From the NCBI GenBank assembly GCA_047967505.1, contig CM106538.1: 64,000 nt of DNA; one strand, given 5' to 3'. The DNA comes from Dipteris shenzhenensis. Its lineage: Eukaryota. The notes beneath the pieces are model-generated. The model saw only the letters and a program-made list of their open reading frames with translations, made no database searches and was not told the origin of the DNA. Made by a program: the position numbers and the translations under genes. This document shows, in pieces, positions 1 through 12,233 of this stretch (the stretch's first letter is position 1; each line of letters opens with the position of its first letter).

Positions 1-1077
1 GAATAATTATAAAATATTTCTAAATCTAAAATGCATTTTAAAGTTTTTTTAATTATTTTTGGAATTATTTTTAGTCTTCAAAACCATCTTTTAAAAAATC
101 ATCGTTTATGTGGAATATTATAGATTATATAGTTGGTTAAGAGTTGTTTCATAATTTAGGTAGAGTAAGTAGGCTGTATAAAACACCACATGGGCATTAT
201 CCCTAAAACACCACACCACATGGGCAAAGACCCCAACACTAGAGTGGTTAGATGCATAAGCATATGGCTAATTGGATCTTGTAAATGCACCAGTGCATCG
301 AAAACACATACGTAATTTATGATTGTCCAAAGGTCTCCTCTCTCCCCAAGCATGAGAACCAAGTGATGATCTATAGGAATGGCCACTAGTTGAGGTGGAT
401 TGCCCAACCAAAATAGATAATATTGAAAAGGCTTAATTATTTTCTCAAAGTTCTCGCTTTAAAAGGTCTGTAGTGTGAACCCGCTCTCTTTTTTAATGTG
501 TATAGTCCGAGAAATACTAGATGCGCCTTGCTTGTGTATCGTTCAAAGTAATGTATTAGGTATCCTTCTATCTCCTCCATATCTATTGCAAACCCAAGGC
601 AGTAAAGCATTCAAAGAAGGTCTTATTAACCAAACCTCTCCACTATCTGTCCTTAGTATAGGGGCCATAAGTGGACAATGTGGTCCTTACACCACATGTG
701 GAAAAGTTTCATATTGGATAAAAAGTGAAAAAAGGGAAACATATAAGGAAAAAATATTTGAGACATGTAAGTTTAAAAATGCAACAACTAGAGTTTGAAA
801 AAATTCTAATCAAAATTAAGAATTATTAATAATATTGATTAATATTGAGCCACACATTTGGCCCATCTATCGGTAGGTGCATAGGATGATCCCAACGACA
901 TCCTACCTCATCAAGGAGTACGTACAAATAGTTTTCATTATGTAAATAGATTATAAGTCATATTGAATAGAATATTATTTTCATTACCCAAATAGAATAT
1001 TAATTTCCATGTGTTTTTTTTGTGCATGCGCCAGCCAGCGCACAGGTTCTAGCACCACTATTCGTATGTAGATAGAG

Positions 1078-2974
1078 ATGCTGAGAGCTGAGATGAGGGC
1101 ACTGCAGGATGCTAGGGCACCCCCTCACTTGGTTGCGAGTCTGGATTCAGTTATTGAGGCTCTGGGTCGATTGGACACAGTTGAGGACGTTGTGGATAGC
1201 TTTCAGGCACAGGCTGAGGCGGAGATCACTGGATTGGAGAGCCATTCGACAGTTGTTTGAGTGTGAGTCACATCACAGGCAGGCCTTGGAGGATATGTTT
1301 TGGGATGGTCACACCGAGGCGATGCGACCACGATGATCAGGGCTCCCCTTGCATATTTTACGTTGTAGGCACCCCATCATAGTAGCACACATTTATCCGA
1401 GATATCTCGCTGCGAATGGTGGTCGATTGCCTCACAACCGTCAGATAGCCAGGTCGTTTGCCAATGCAGCTATACGCTGAGTTTGTGCTTGGTCATCGGG
1501 TGGACTACCTTAGTACTCGTCCAGGAGCGGGACATGGTAGGATGGGGCGTCAGGAGCGTCAAATTGCAGGTGTTCGGCGTTGAGGCGAGGCACCAGAGTT
1601 GCACACCATCCCTGCACTGGCATTGCGAGCAGTGGGAGGATAGATTAGGGGGGATGTTCATTTAGTGGCATCATCCTTGCAGCACATGGTCTCTGCCCTA
1701 TCAAGATCTATTGCGATTCCACCTCCCCCACCTCGATCATCGATGGAGCCTCCCACATCTACACCACCTCCCACATCTACGCCGCCTCAGCACGAGTTGG
1801 AGGCTCGAGACACACGGATTGCAGAGTTGGAGGCATTGTTGGCCGAGTCTAGGGATGAGGTTAGTTATTTTGATTATGTTAGTTTATTTTTTTGTAGCGT
1901 GTTTTGAACTGAAGTTTTTTGGTTAATTCTCACCATGTACGCGACATGTTTGCATTGCAGGCACATCTATTGCATCAGGAGATGGAGTCTCGGGTACGAC
2001 TGTTGCTGCAGACAGATTTGGAGGAGCAGAGGATTCGGACACGCATAGCATACCATCGTGCAGAGCACTATATTTTGCAGTTGAGGCATATTAGGTGTAA
2101 TCCATCTCGCCATAGGATCGACCCCAGCGTGGCCCTATACCCTGCTCCTCCTATAGATGTGCCGACTAGGGCACCCATAGACGCAGCAGTCATAGCCAGG
2201 CTTCCTACTGCCACTTGTGTCCTTTGCCACGAGGAGTTTGACACCGTAGGGTGGTTTGGACTAGGGTGCGGCCACATCGCACATCTCCATTGCATGACCC
2301 GCCACATGGTGGCACGATCAGTGTGCCCTGTATGCTTTGCTGACATTGATGTGGCGACATACAGAGGACTAGGCATGGATGATCTATATCCTGGTCATCG
2401 TCAGGCTGTTGATCCATTCGCCCGCGTAGTCTTGACAGAGCACTACAGGGAGGAGGCACAGAGAGCGTTGCTGATGCAGGAGGGTGCTGATACATCGGTG
2501 GTTGCAGCATGCGTTCCACGACGCTTTTCGTATGGTGATTTCATGCCAGGTGACGAGGCACGAGCGGAGGAGGCACGCCGGATTGAGCAAGAGGCAGAGC
2601 TGCAGACATCATTGCAGCAGTGGGTGGAGCAGCAGCTAGGGCAGGGCCGAGACCAGCGTCTTTCACATGTAGAGACGATTACTCGCACTGGATTTGAGGC
2701 ACGAGTATTCACAGATGCACGGCTATGGGAGCTGAGACGCGCATACATAGAGGAGGCGAGGGAGGCAGAGATGGCAGCGGTGGCGCGTGCAGCATGCCCT
2801 CCTCTTCATCAGGATGAGGCTGGCCCATCTCATGCAGGTGATGAGGCTGGCCCATTTGAGCCGGCTTTGCCTGAGGGCACACAGCGGATGGTTGGGCAGC
2901 GGGTCATACAGGAGCCACATCAGCGTTCCACTAGAGGATCATATGTAGAGCTATCAGATTCGGATTCAGATTGA
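1078..2974 (+). pseudogene. RING-H2 zinc-finger (putative E3 ligase) gene; 3' exon open, 5' exon frameshifted; probable transposon cargo
   Basis: ORF 1919-2974 has CVLC-x13-CGHIAHLHC-x10-CPVC (RING-H2 spacing). A GT..AG intron at 1860-1960 joins ORF 1665 (..RDE) in phase 0 to AHLLHQ. Upstream 1078-1664 reads as coding but has frameshifts and stops. Confidence 0.7.
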
Positions 2975-3300
2975 TTGTTTAGGCTTCACACGTTTCTTGT
3001 ATAGGGATGCACTTTTGCAGCATGATGATGATGATGTACAGATTCATTTTGGTACTTTCATGATATTGTTCCCACTTTTATGATGTACGAGCATTTTTGT
3101 ACTTTCATGATGTTCTTCACACTTTGTTTATCTCAGTTTATCTCAGTTTATAGTTTGTTTAATACATAAGGTATTTAAAAAAGAATGCCATGTGAAGTAA
3201 TTGTAAACATTAAGCATTGAAAAAGTGTTCAAGTTCCAACTTTATCATTTTGAATATCATATTGAATTTTGTATATATCAATGCTTGCAATTATTACACT

Positions 3301-3575
3301 AAACCTAAGAGCCGTGCGAAGTTTCATCCCCATGTGCGTATTTAAAATTAAGAGTATGATTTTGAATTTCAAATATCTCAATTCACACATCTAATACATA
3401 ATGTATTTTAAAAATAATGCCGTGTGTCGTAATTGTAAACATTAAGCATTGAAAAGGTACTTGCAAAAATGTATGCATTATACCTTCCACGTGGCGCAAA
3501 CCAGATCAGACCAAATCTTGTGTGGATGTACGTCTAGGGTAGCCTAAGAGGCATGTGAAGTTTCATCCCCAACAG
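3301..3575 (+). repeat. Detached partial monomers of the 187-bp satellite
   Basis: cctaagagccgtgcgaagtttcatcccc and accaaatcttgtgtggatgtacgtctagggtagcctaagaggcatgtgaagtttcatccccaacag match the 5431-6910 monomer. Confidence 0.8.
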
Positions 3576-4095
3576 TTTTTTATAGTAATCTAGTCGCTAT
3601 ATACTCGGTCATAGCGATCTCTCCAAAGCTTACAAACTTTCCCATAGGTTTTTTTGTGCGACCCTCACATGATGCCGATCCATGCGCGATCGGTCTGGAC
3701 CCCACCCACATGCATGCACTTCGATGTTATACTTCACCCAATCCGTATCATGCACAATCTTCTTTACTACATGTGAGATTTTGGATGTCTCAAATGATAG
3801 CAACATGGGGAACTGGGTTGGGATTTTTGAAAGACCATCATGGAGGAGGGATTCCATTTAGAATCTATTTGAAAAAAAAGAACCAAATACACACATATAA
3901 AACACACATTACAAATCATATCAGGGCACTCATTCAAGATATGTTAAAGAATTCATGGTACAAACAAGCTACATTCACATTCACTTCTATTTAACAAGTC
4001 ATAGATATCGCACAAGAATTATATTCCTAAAAAGATAATTCTAGGAAACTTTAATGCATCCACTCTCCTTTATTCCACAATCTGCGTCAATCACA

Positions 4096-4410
4096 TGATG
4101 GACAAATTGATGTAATGGGGTGTACCTAGGGGTACAAGGTTTGTATGGGTGTGTGTCTAACCACATGGTGGTTAGTGTGACTAGGTTTGGTTGTAGAAGG
4201 TTCCATTAGGTGTGATTGATAGATTCATGGGCTTGATTGAGAGATCAGTGGAGTGATTTATGGATCTAGATGCTCTATTGAGCTCACATGTGATGTCACT
4301 CTTGGATGTAACTTGTGCCTATATATGCAGGATATCTCTCATGAATAAAATCCTCCATTTTGCTTCATCTTTTGAATACTTCTTGCTACTCCAACATGTG
4401 GCATTAGAGC
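4096..4410 (+). mobile_element. LTR (family A) plus degenerate PBS, lying between satellite segments
   Basis: TG..ctccaaCA followed by tgtggcattagagc (degenerate tggtatcagagc); similar to 39624-39940 (-) and 42905-43224 (+). Confidence 0.75.
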
Positions 4411-4789
4411 TATGTTCACCCTCCTTGAGCCCTCTTTGAGTGCCATGTCATCATCTTCTTCACAATGAAGGATTTCTCCCCTCTCTTCCCACGTTTTATC
4501 TTTAAGCTTGTTCTCCTCCATCTCTCAGCCATTTCACACAACCTCTGAGCCCAAGATTCCTTGTGATGGGGCAAATCCTTGGCTAGGAGGAAAGTGCTTG
4601 AGTCATGCCGGTGCCAACACGAATACAGTGCACCGAAGTTTCACATAATTGTGCTTGCTGGAGCCACCATTCATCAAATGCTCTGAGCTGAGGTTAGGCA
4701 ACCTTATGAGCTAGTTGCTGATGAATTTTGAAGCAAATGCTCTAGTAACTAAGACGTGGTGATGAAAAGCCCACTCAGCATTTGAGCTA

Positions 4790-5430
4790 GTAGGGTTTAG
4801 TCGTGCTAGTAGGGATTGCTTCTACGTGGCACAAACCAAATCAGTTGAAGACCAAATCTTGCGTGGATGTACGTCTAGGGTAGCCTAAGAGGCGTGTTAA
4901 GTTTCGTCCCCAACAGGGTTTAGGATTTAGGGTTCAGGGTTTAGGGTTTAGGGTTTAGTCGTGCTAGTAGGGATTGCTTCTATGTGGCGCAAACCAAATC
5001 AGTTGGAGACCAAATCTTGCGTGGATGTATGTCTAGTGTAGCCTAATAGGCGTGTGAAGTTTCGGCCCCAACAGGGTTTAGGATTTAGGGTCCAGGGTTT
5101 AGGGTTTAGTCGTGCTAGTAGGGATTCCTTCTACGTGGCGCAAACCAAATCAGTTGGAGATCAAATCTTGCGTGGATGTACGTCTAGGGTAGCCTAAGAG
5201 GCGTGTGAAGTTTCGTCCCCAACAGGGTTTAGGATTTAGGGTTCAGGGTTTAGGGTTTAGGGTTTAGGGTTTAGTCGTGCTAGTAGGGATTGCTTCTACG
5301 TGGCGCAAACCAAATCAGTTGGAGACCAAATCTTGCGTGGATGTACGTCTAGGGTAGCCTAAGAGGCGTGTGAAGTTTCGTCCCCAACAGGGTTTAGGAT
5401 TTAGGGTTCAGGGTTTAGGGTTTAGGGTTT
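4790..5430 (+). repeat. Satellite 1 variant monomers containing (TTTAGGG)n tracts
   Basis: Anchor agtcgtgctagtaggg at 4799, 4957, 5108, 5273, 5431 (periods 158, 151, 165, 158); each unit ends in agggtttaggatttagggttcagggtttaggg..tttag. Confidence 0.95.
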
Positions 5431-6910
5431 AGTCGTGCTAGTAGGGATTGTAAAAATGTATGCATTTGTCCTTCCACGTGGCACATACCAAATCAATTGG
5501 AGACCAAATCTTGCGTGGATGTACGTCTATGGTAGCCTAAGAGGCGTGTGAAGTTTCGTCCCCAACAGATAAGTCCACGTGCGTATTTCATTAGTACGTG
5601 CGCCATTTTTCATACGTAGTCGTGCTAGTAGGGATTATAAAAATGTACGCAGCTGTCCTTCCATGTGGCGCATACCAAATCAGTTGGGCACCAAATCTTG
5701 CGTGGATGTACGTCTACAGTAGCCTAAGAGCCGTGCAAAGTTTAATCTCCAACAGATAAGTCCACATGCATATTTGGTTAGTACGAGCGCCATTTTTCAC
5801 ACATAGTCATGCTAGTAGGGATTGTAAAAATGTACGCATTATACCTTCCACGTGGTGCAAACCAAATAAGTTGGAGACCAAATCTTGCGTGGATGTATGT
5901 CTAGGTGGCCTAAGAGTTGTGCGAAGTTTCATTCCCAACAGATAAGTCCACACGCGTATTTCGTTAGTACATGCGCCATAGCTCATACATAGTCGTGCTA
6001 GTAGGGATTGTAAAAATGTACGCAGCTGTCCTTCCATGTGGCGCATACCAAATCAGTTGGGCACCAAATCTTGCGTGGATGTACGTCTACGGTAGCCTAA
6101 GAGCCGTGCAAAGTTTAATCTCCAACAGATAAGTCCACATGCATATTTGGTTAGTACGTGCGCCATTTTTCACACGTAGTCGTGCTAGTAGGGATTGTAA
6201 AAATGTACGCATTATACCTTCCACGTGGCGCATACCAAATAAGTTGGAGACCAAATCTTGCATGGATGTATGTCTAGGGTGGCCTAAGAGTCGTGCGAAG
6301 TTTCATTCCCAGCAAATAAGTCCACACGCGTATTTCGTTAGTACATGCACCATAGCTCATACGTAGTCGTGCTAGTAGGGATTGTAAAAATGTACGCAAC
6401 TATCCTTCCATGTGGCGCATACCAAATCAGTTGGGCACCAAATCTTGCGTGGATGTACGTCTACGGTAGCCTAAGAGCCGTGCAAAGTTTAATCTCCAAC
6501 AGATAAGTCCACATGCATATTTGGTTAGTACGTGCGCCATTTTTCACACGTAGTCGTGCTAGTAGGGATTGTAAAAATGTATGCATTATACCTTCCACGT
6601 GGCGCATACCAAATAAGTTGGAGACCAAATCTTGCGTGGATGTATGTCTAGGGTGGCCTAAGAGTCGTGCGAAGTTTCATTCCCAACAGATAAGTCCACA
6701 CGCGTATTTCGTTAGTACATGCGCCATAGCTCATACATAGTCGTGCTAGTAGGGATTGTAAAAATGTACACATTGTACCTTCCACGTGGCGCATACCAAA
6801 TCAATTCAGACCAAATCTCGCGTGGATGTATGTCTAGGGTGGCCTAAGAGTCGTGCGAAGTTTCATCCCCAACAAGTAAGTCCACACGCGTATTTCGTTA
6901 GTACGTGTGT
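5431..6910 (+). repeat. Satellite 1: about 8 x 187-bp monomers, mostly alternating A/B (374-bp dimer)
   Basis: Anchor at 5431, 5618, 5805, 5991, 6178, 6365, 6552, 6739; near-identical ORFs at 6139 and 6513 are 374 bp apart. Confidence 0.95.
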
Positions 6911-7244
6911 GAATTTTCTTAGTCACGTTTTTAAAATGTCCTAAAGCACAAAACAAATTACAACATTACTACTAATAAACAATTTTTTGTATTACAAACA
7001 CAACAAATCCCATTGAGAAGACATCGGACATCATGTAAAAAATAGAATCTAATACAATGATGTGTATGAACGTGTATACAGCCATCATAGTGAAATACAA
7101 AATATGAGTCCATGAAAATTACAATGGTACAGTCACACAGTGAGCCTATACATATCGAATACAAAAAAGTGTAATCAACTAGTGATACCCAATAAAAATC
7201 AATCTGATCAACTGATGATCCCAAAAAATATGATATGTAATGTG

Positions 7245-10180
7245 CTACTCCCCAGGATCAGCTCTCATGCCAATAGTTGCAAGTATGCTCTCGTGATCTG
7301 CCACTGTAAGGCACCATCGTGGAGTGGACGTCGCCTTGCGAGTGCGAACACGACTCAAAGTAATCTTGATCCCAACAACAAGATGAGAATACATGTATGC
7401 CTCCTGATCCGCCATGTACTCCTGGAACTCAATATAGCGACCACGCCTCTGTATCTGCTGAAAATAGTGGCCACCTACGATCATGCTATGAGCATTGAAG
7501 TGCATCCCATGCCCATCCACTGTATCCTCATTCAGCACACTCTTCAGCATAGAGCATCGCAACAAGTAATAATCCACACCCTCCTCATTGCCCTCCGAAG
7601 CAATAACCGCGAAAATATCACCAATATGCAAAATATTTGTAAGCTGGTCATAATCTCTAGAGGAACTGAATCCCGCATCCTGATCATCATGTATCTCCTC
7701 CCAAGGCTGGAAGGGAGAAAGCACTCGCCGTACCCATGGATCGGCCCATGGTATCATGGAGCACCCTCCCCAATCATCATCAATGCATGCAAAGAAAAAA
7801 CATGCAAACCGTCGAGAAAAGATTGCGGGGTGAGACTCACCTACGCTCCTGATGGAATGGAAATCAAGAGTGCTAGGCACAGAACGACAATCAAAAGGCC
7901 TAGACCGATCAAGACTCCCAATGTCCACGCACCAAAAATACCGGCTCACCACCCTATCGTCACGCGACTGAAGCGAGGAGGTAGCACTAGTGGATAAGTG
8001 CTGGTTGCACCACCGCACCACATCATGTGCATCCTTGAAGCGATCGGCACTGTGACGCAACTGGTATCGACGCAAAGCACGCTTCACGCAAGCACCTGCA
8101 CCATCGTGCTCTCCCTTACCGTGCCCTGTCTCAAAGTAGCTCCATGTAATCGAAATGCCTGTCTCACGGTGCCATCTGCAGAACCAATAAAACTGTCTAG
8201 CGGATTTGAACCGACCACTGCAACCGTCTGACCAGATCCAGCGCCGCTGCCATGTGACACCATGATCCCTCAAGAAACTATCATGCAAAGTGAAGCAATG
8301 CTGCACAAAATGGGCATCATGCGATCGATCATCACTAATGTAGAAGTGATACTCTCGCACAATGATGCGTGAGTCCATGGTGCTATCAATGCCATCCACA
8401 TGAGCCTGTGCATGACGATAGCTAATGTGCACAAATATAGCAACTTGCAATATGGCATTGAAAAAAAATATGACTATTGAAATAATTCAATATAATGAGG
8501 TGGGGAAAAAATCAATACTCAATCACACGTCACCTGTTCGGAGAAATAATACTCCGATTGGATCTCATGCTGTGGTGCAAAGGTGTAATTCTCCGCAAAG
8601 TCCACCACTGAGACAACCACCCCTGTAGGAAATGTCCTCAAACATGCACAAAACTGACGATCCTCCCATTTCGCAGTGTGCGAGTGGCGTACGTAGCGGT
8701 ACAGCTTCCCTCGAAAACAGTCAATGAATACAACACGTGGTGTCTCCTTCCCCACAAGCTGCAACCTCCTCGACTGTGCACCACCATCTAATGTCAAGGT
8801 ACAGTACTCATACTGCTGCCAACGAACCATCTGCACATCACAAGTATCTAGTGCAACTCGTGGCACTCTAGCAAAGTCACCACACAAAGTACATGTGCCT
8901 TCCACACAATCAAGGGAGTGGAATAAAGCATCACCATCTCGTGTACACAATATGGAATGAATGAAGTCGCGAGGGCTAGTAGGAACCACTCCCCTATGAC
9001 CATCAAGGGAACGGAATACGTCATACATCAATCCAAAATCCACATGGTAGCGACAACAGCATGTGTCACGCTCCTGAGAGCATCGCACAAACCATGGCCT
9101 GCATCGCTCAAATGACCTCTGCCCAATCTTGAACTCCGGGTGCGCCTCTACAAACTGAGTGTACAACTCAGTCTGGGTACACTCCAAAAAACATGCACCA
9201 TGCTCAATGTACACACCGCGTGACACCCTCTTCCGCAATGCCTTCTTGAACACCGGGGATGCTCTGCAATGCTCCTCCCAAAACTGTTGTATGAAGGACC
9301 TAGTGGAATCATCCAACAATCGATCGCTGCGAGGTGCACGACCACTCGAAGCCCAAAGAGCATCAGTCTCACTATCCTCTAGACTCTGCCTCCTAATGAT
9401 GCCTGCTCGCAATGTGCGCGGTGCAATCTGAAGAAGACGTGAAGCGGTACGCACATGGCCTATCATATGAGGTCTACTAATGGCAGCCACAATAGCACGA
9501 CGTGCTGCCAAGGCATCACTGGAGTTCCTATGCTTAATAGAAGCATAGGAACGTCGAACACTGCTAAGGACCTCGCTAGATACAACCCTATCTCTACGTG
9601 CACCAAGACCAGCAAGCCTCCTACACTCTAACAAGTCAGGGTGATCAATCAAGGATATGAGAAGAGAAGACTGCGAAGCTAGCGTGAGGTCACAAAAAAA
9701 AGACTGCACAATCTTGCTAGTACGACGACGGATAGTGGACTTCGGCAAGTCACGTCGTGAAGCAACACTACTGCTACAAGGTGGGGCAAGGGGATCAATG
9801 GGAGATGGTAGGGTGGACGGGGGAAGGGAGGCGCCAAGCGGAGCGGGGGGAGGGGGAGGGGGAGGGGGAGGGGGGAGGGTGGAGGGGGAAGAGGTAGAGG
9901 TGGAGGCCAAAATGTAGGTGGCTAGGGGAAGGGCGGAGGCTAGAGGTAGGGGAGCGGATGAGGATGGGGGGACAATGGAGGTGGGGGTGGGGGTGGAGGT
10001 GGGGGTGGAGGTGGGATGTAGAGGTAGAGCTGGAGGTGGATCAGTGGTGGCAGCGCGAGCTCGAGCTCTAGAGGCTCTCTTGCGCTCACGAGCCTTCCGC
10101 TTGCGCTCTTCGTCAATGAGATTTGGGGGGGGGTTCCTACATCTTTCACGTCTACTAGCTCTACGGCTTTGAGAACCCAT
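7245..10180 (-). CDS. DDD-type DNA transposase, Sola2-like; two exons (10180-8534, 8444-7245), about 948 aa; splice acceptor appears mutated
   Basis: Motifs in order: CCCRYH, VVDFAENY..QHEIQSEYY..Q|V, ISDDRSHD, WSDGCSGRFKS, WSYFETGHGKGEHDGAGACVKR, giving three candidate catalytic Asp. N-terminus is basic then Pro-rich. The Sola2 label is from recalled motifs, not a search. Confidence 0.75.
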
Positions 10181-10437
10181 TCTCAATGAAAGTAGGATGG
10201 AAGGTGTGACAAAGTGATGAGGAGGCAAGAATGGCTAAGAATGGGTGAAATGAACCAAAACGTGGTGTCTTATAGAGAGCCTCAACTCATCCACTAGATT
10301 GCTCTTAGATTGCTCTTCATTATTATTGGTGGAGAGGTGCTAAGATTGAAACTAATTGGCTAAGTTTTGGTGCTAAGATTGATACTAATTGGCTAAGTTT
10401 TGGTGGAGAGGTCTGCTATGCCCAGAGCCCCGATCAT

Positions 10438-10574
10438 ATACCTCGATCGAGGTATTCAGTGCATTACGCATGTATGTATGAACCTCGATCGAGGTATCCC
10501 TAGGTGTCCTCGGTCACATACCTCGATCGAGGTATTGTATGCCTCACCCAGGTTATATACCTCGATCGAGGTAT
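10438..10574. repeat. Four palindromes (core acctcgatcgaggt) at about 40-bp period upstream of the transposase
   Basis: Perfect 18-bp atacctcgatcgaggtat at 10438, 10518, 10557; the copy at 10481 keeps the 14-bp core. Confidence 0.9.
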
Positions 10575-11039
10575 TGTATGCCTCGCACATCGTCATGTGT
10601 ATACATCTGGCTGATGTGGCACCATGCATGGTCATGATGTGGTAATATAGTCTCTTCCTGCATGGTCATGATGTGGTACTGGGCCTCTTCGATGACATTG
10701 AAAGGTGATGTGGCATGATGAGTTGGCATTCATGAGGTGGTAGATTGACATGGCAAATTGAGGTGGAGGGATTGATGACGTGGCAAGGTTGAGGAGGTAT
10801 GCCAAGGTGGCATTGTGTGATCACATGGTTGATGATGTGGAATGATGAGGTGGCACATGTGGCAGCACGTGTGGCAATGTAAGGTGACATGGCAAGGAGT
10901 GATGTCACATCTGCTTGATGAGATGGCACCACGTGGTCTAACAACGTGGCATGGTTTTGATGACTCAGCCTTCCACATGGGCAGCATGCAGACTCCAAAG
11001 GCTTGCCACTAGGGTCGGTGATGCTCCTAGCCTACCTCA

Positions 11040-11083
11040 CCAAGCCTAATACCAAGCCTACCTTGTCTTGGTATTAGGCTTGG
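11040..11083. other. Perfect 17-bp inverted repeat with 10-nt loop
   Basis: ccaagcctaataccaag-cctaccttgt-cttggtattaggcttgg. Confidence 0.9.
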
Positions 11084-11878
11084 GTGGCCCTTTTTCCCCC
11101 ACAAAAGGGAGATTTAACTGTTGGAGGCCATATCGTACGTTTCCCTTACTCAAATTTAACCAAAATTTTTTCCTCTTATTCATCATGCAGAGGACTAAAA
11201 ATATTGACATTTTTGAAATGTTTGGTTATGTTTGAGAATTACTAGATTTATTTTTAATATTCTTTGTTGATCCTCTGAGGAGTAAAAGTAAAAATTAAAC
11301 TTCAATCTTCCTAAATCTAACCGTTGGATTTGGGATTTGATGATTCAACCACACACCCTTATGTGCCTACTAACCTTCCACTGAATTGGATTTGCTTAAT
11401 TATTCAAAATACTAAAAAAATGTGGTGTGCTACTAAAATGCATGTATTTTATGACTTTATTTATTATAAATAATTATTTATAATTAGATAAATCATTCAA
11501 AAAATTACCAATAAATCAAGTTAAGCTCTACATAATGCAAAGAGACCACTTACAAAGTTTCAACAACATTTAATCTAAAATGAGTGAGAAATTTAGAATT
11601 TAATATGACACTCTCTATTCGTCACAAACGTGTGACCACCCTCCATGCCGTGTGACACAAAGAAATTTTTTGTGTGTGCATCGAATTTTCGATCAGACTA
11701 TATGATTGTGTGCACAATAGCAAGTGTGATGTTGTGTCAGAAGACTTCAAAGACTAGATCCATAAGGAAGTAGGTGAGATTTGCATTTTTGTGTGCTAAA
11801 AAGCTTGTTTTTCCACCTTCTAAGGATTGGGGAGTGAACAAAAAGTGGACACCCTTAGCTTGCTACTTCCCTTATCCA

Positions 11879-12233
11879 TGTCACTGATCTAGATTAGCAC
11901 AATCAAATCTTGGCATTTTACTATTCAATAGTAATCAGAGGTCTCAGGCGGGCAATTCAAGATATGAAGAAATGCATATAAAATGTTAGTGAAATCCAAG
12001 TAATAATTTGGAATCTCAAGTAAACCATAAATTTGGGTGTTCCAACCAAGTCCCGAAGGGAATTACCTAGGTCAACAAATCCAAATACAACATCAATATA
12101 CTTATACCTTTCCTTGATCTCCTATTGGCACTTTCCAACTATCAGTATCACAATTAAATTTATGCACACATCAAAGTGTGATAAGGTCCTTGAGAATGTC
12201 AAAATCAAAGTATAGACTCCATGCTATATGGCC
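11879..12233. repeat. Dispersed ~330-350-bp direct repeat, copy 1 (copy 2 at about 14106-14426)
   Basis: Shared gatctagattagca..gatatgaagaaatgcatataaaatgttagtgaaatccaag..ctatatggcc; similar ORFs at 12033 and 14232. Confidence 0.85.

Noticed and set aside
4790-5430. Chromosome end or fusion site
   Set aside because: Tracts are only about 5-7 repeats, in one orientation and embedded in satellite monomers.
4790-6910. CRISPR array
   Set aside because: Whole monomers repeat, there are no unique spacers and no cas-like ORFs.
7140-7997. 285-aa plus-strand ORF as a gene
   Set aside because: Antisense shadow of transposase exon 2 with no recognisable motif.
10438-10574. True CRISPR mini-array
   Set aside because: Only four short palindromes, partly shared spacers, eukaryotic context and no cas genes; kept as a binding-site candidate.
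1-11700. Defined TIRs and TSD for the Sola-like element
   Set aside because: No matching inverted termini found by eye inside the window.
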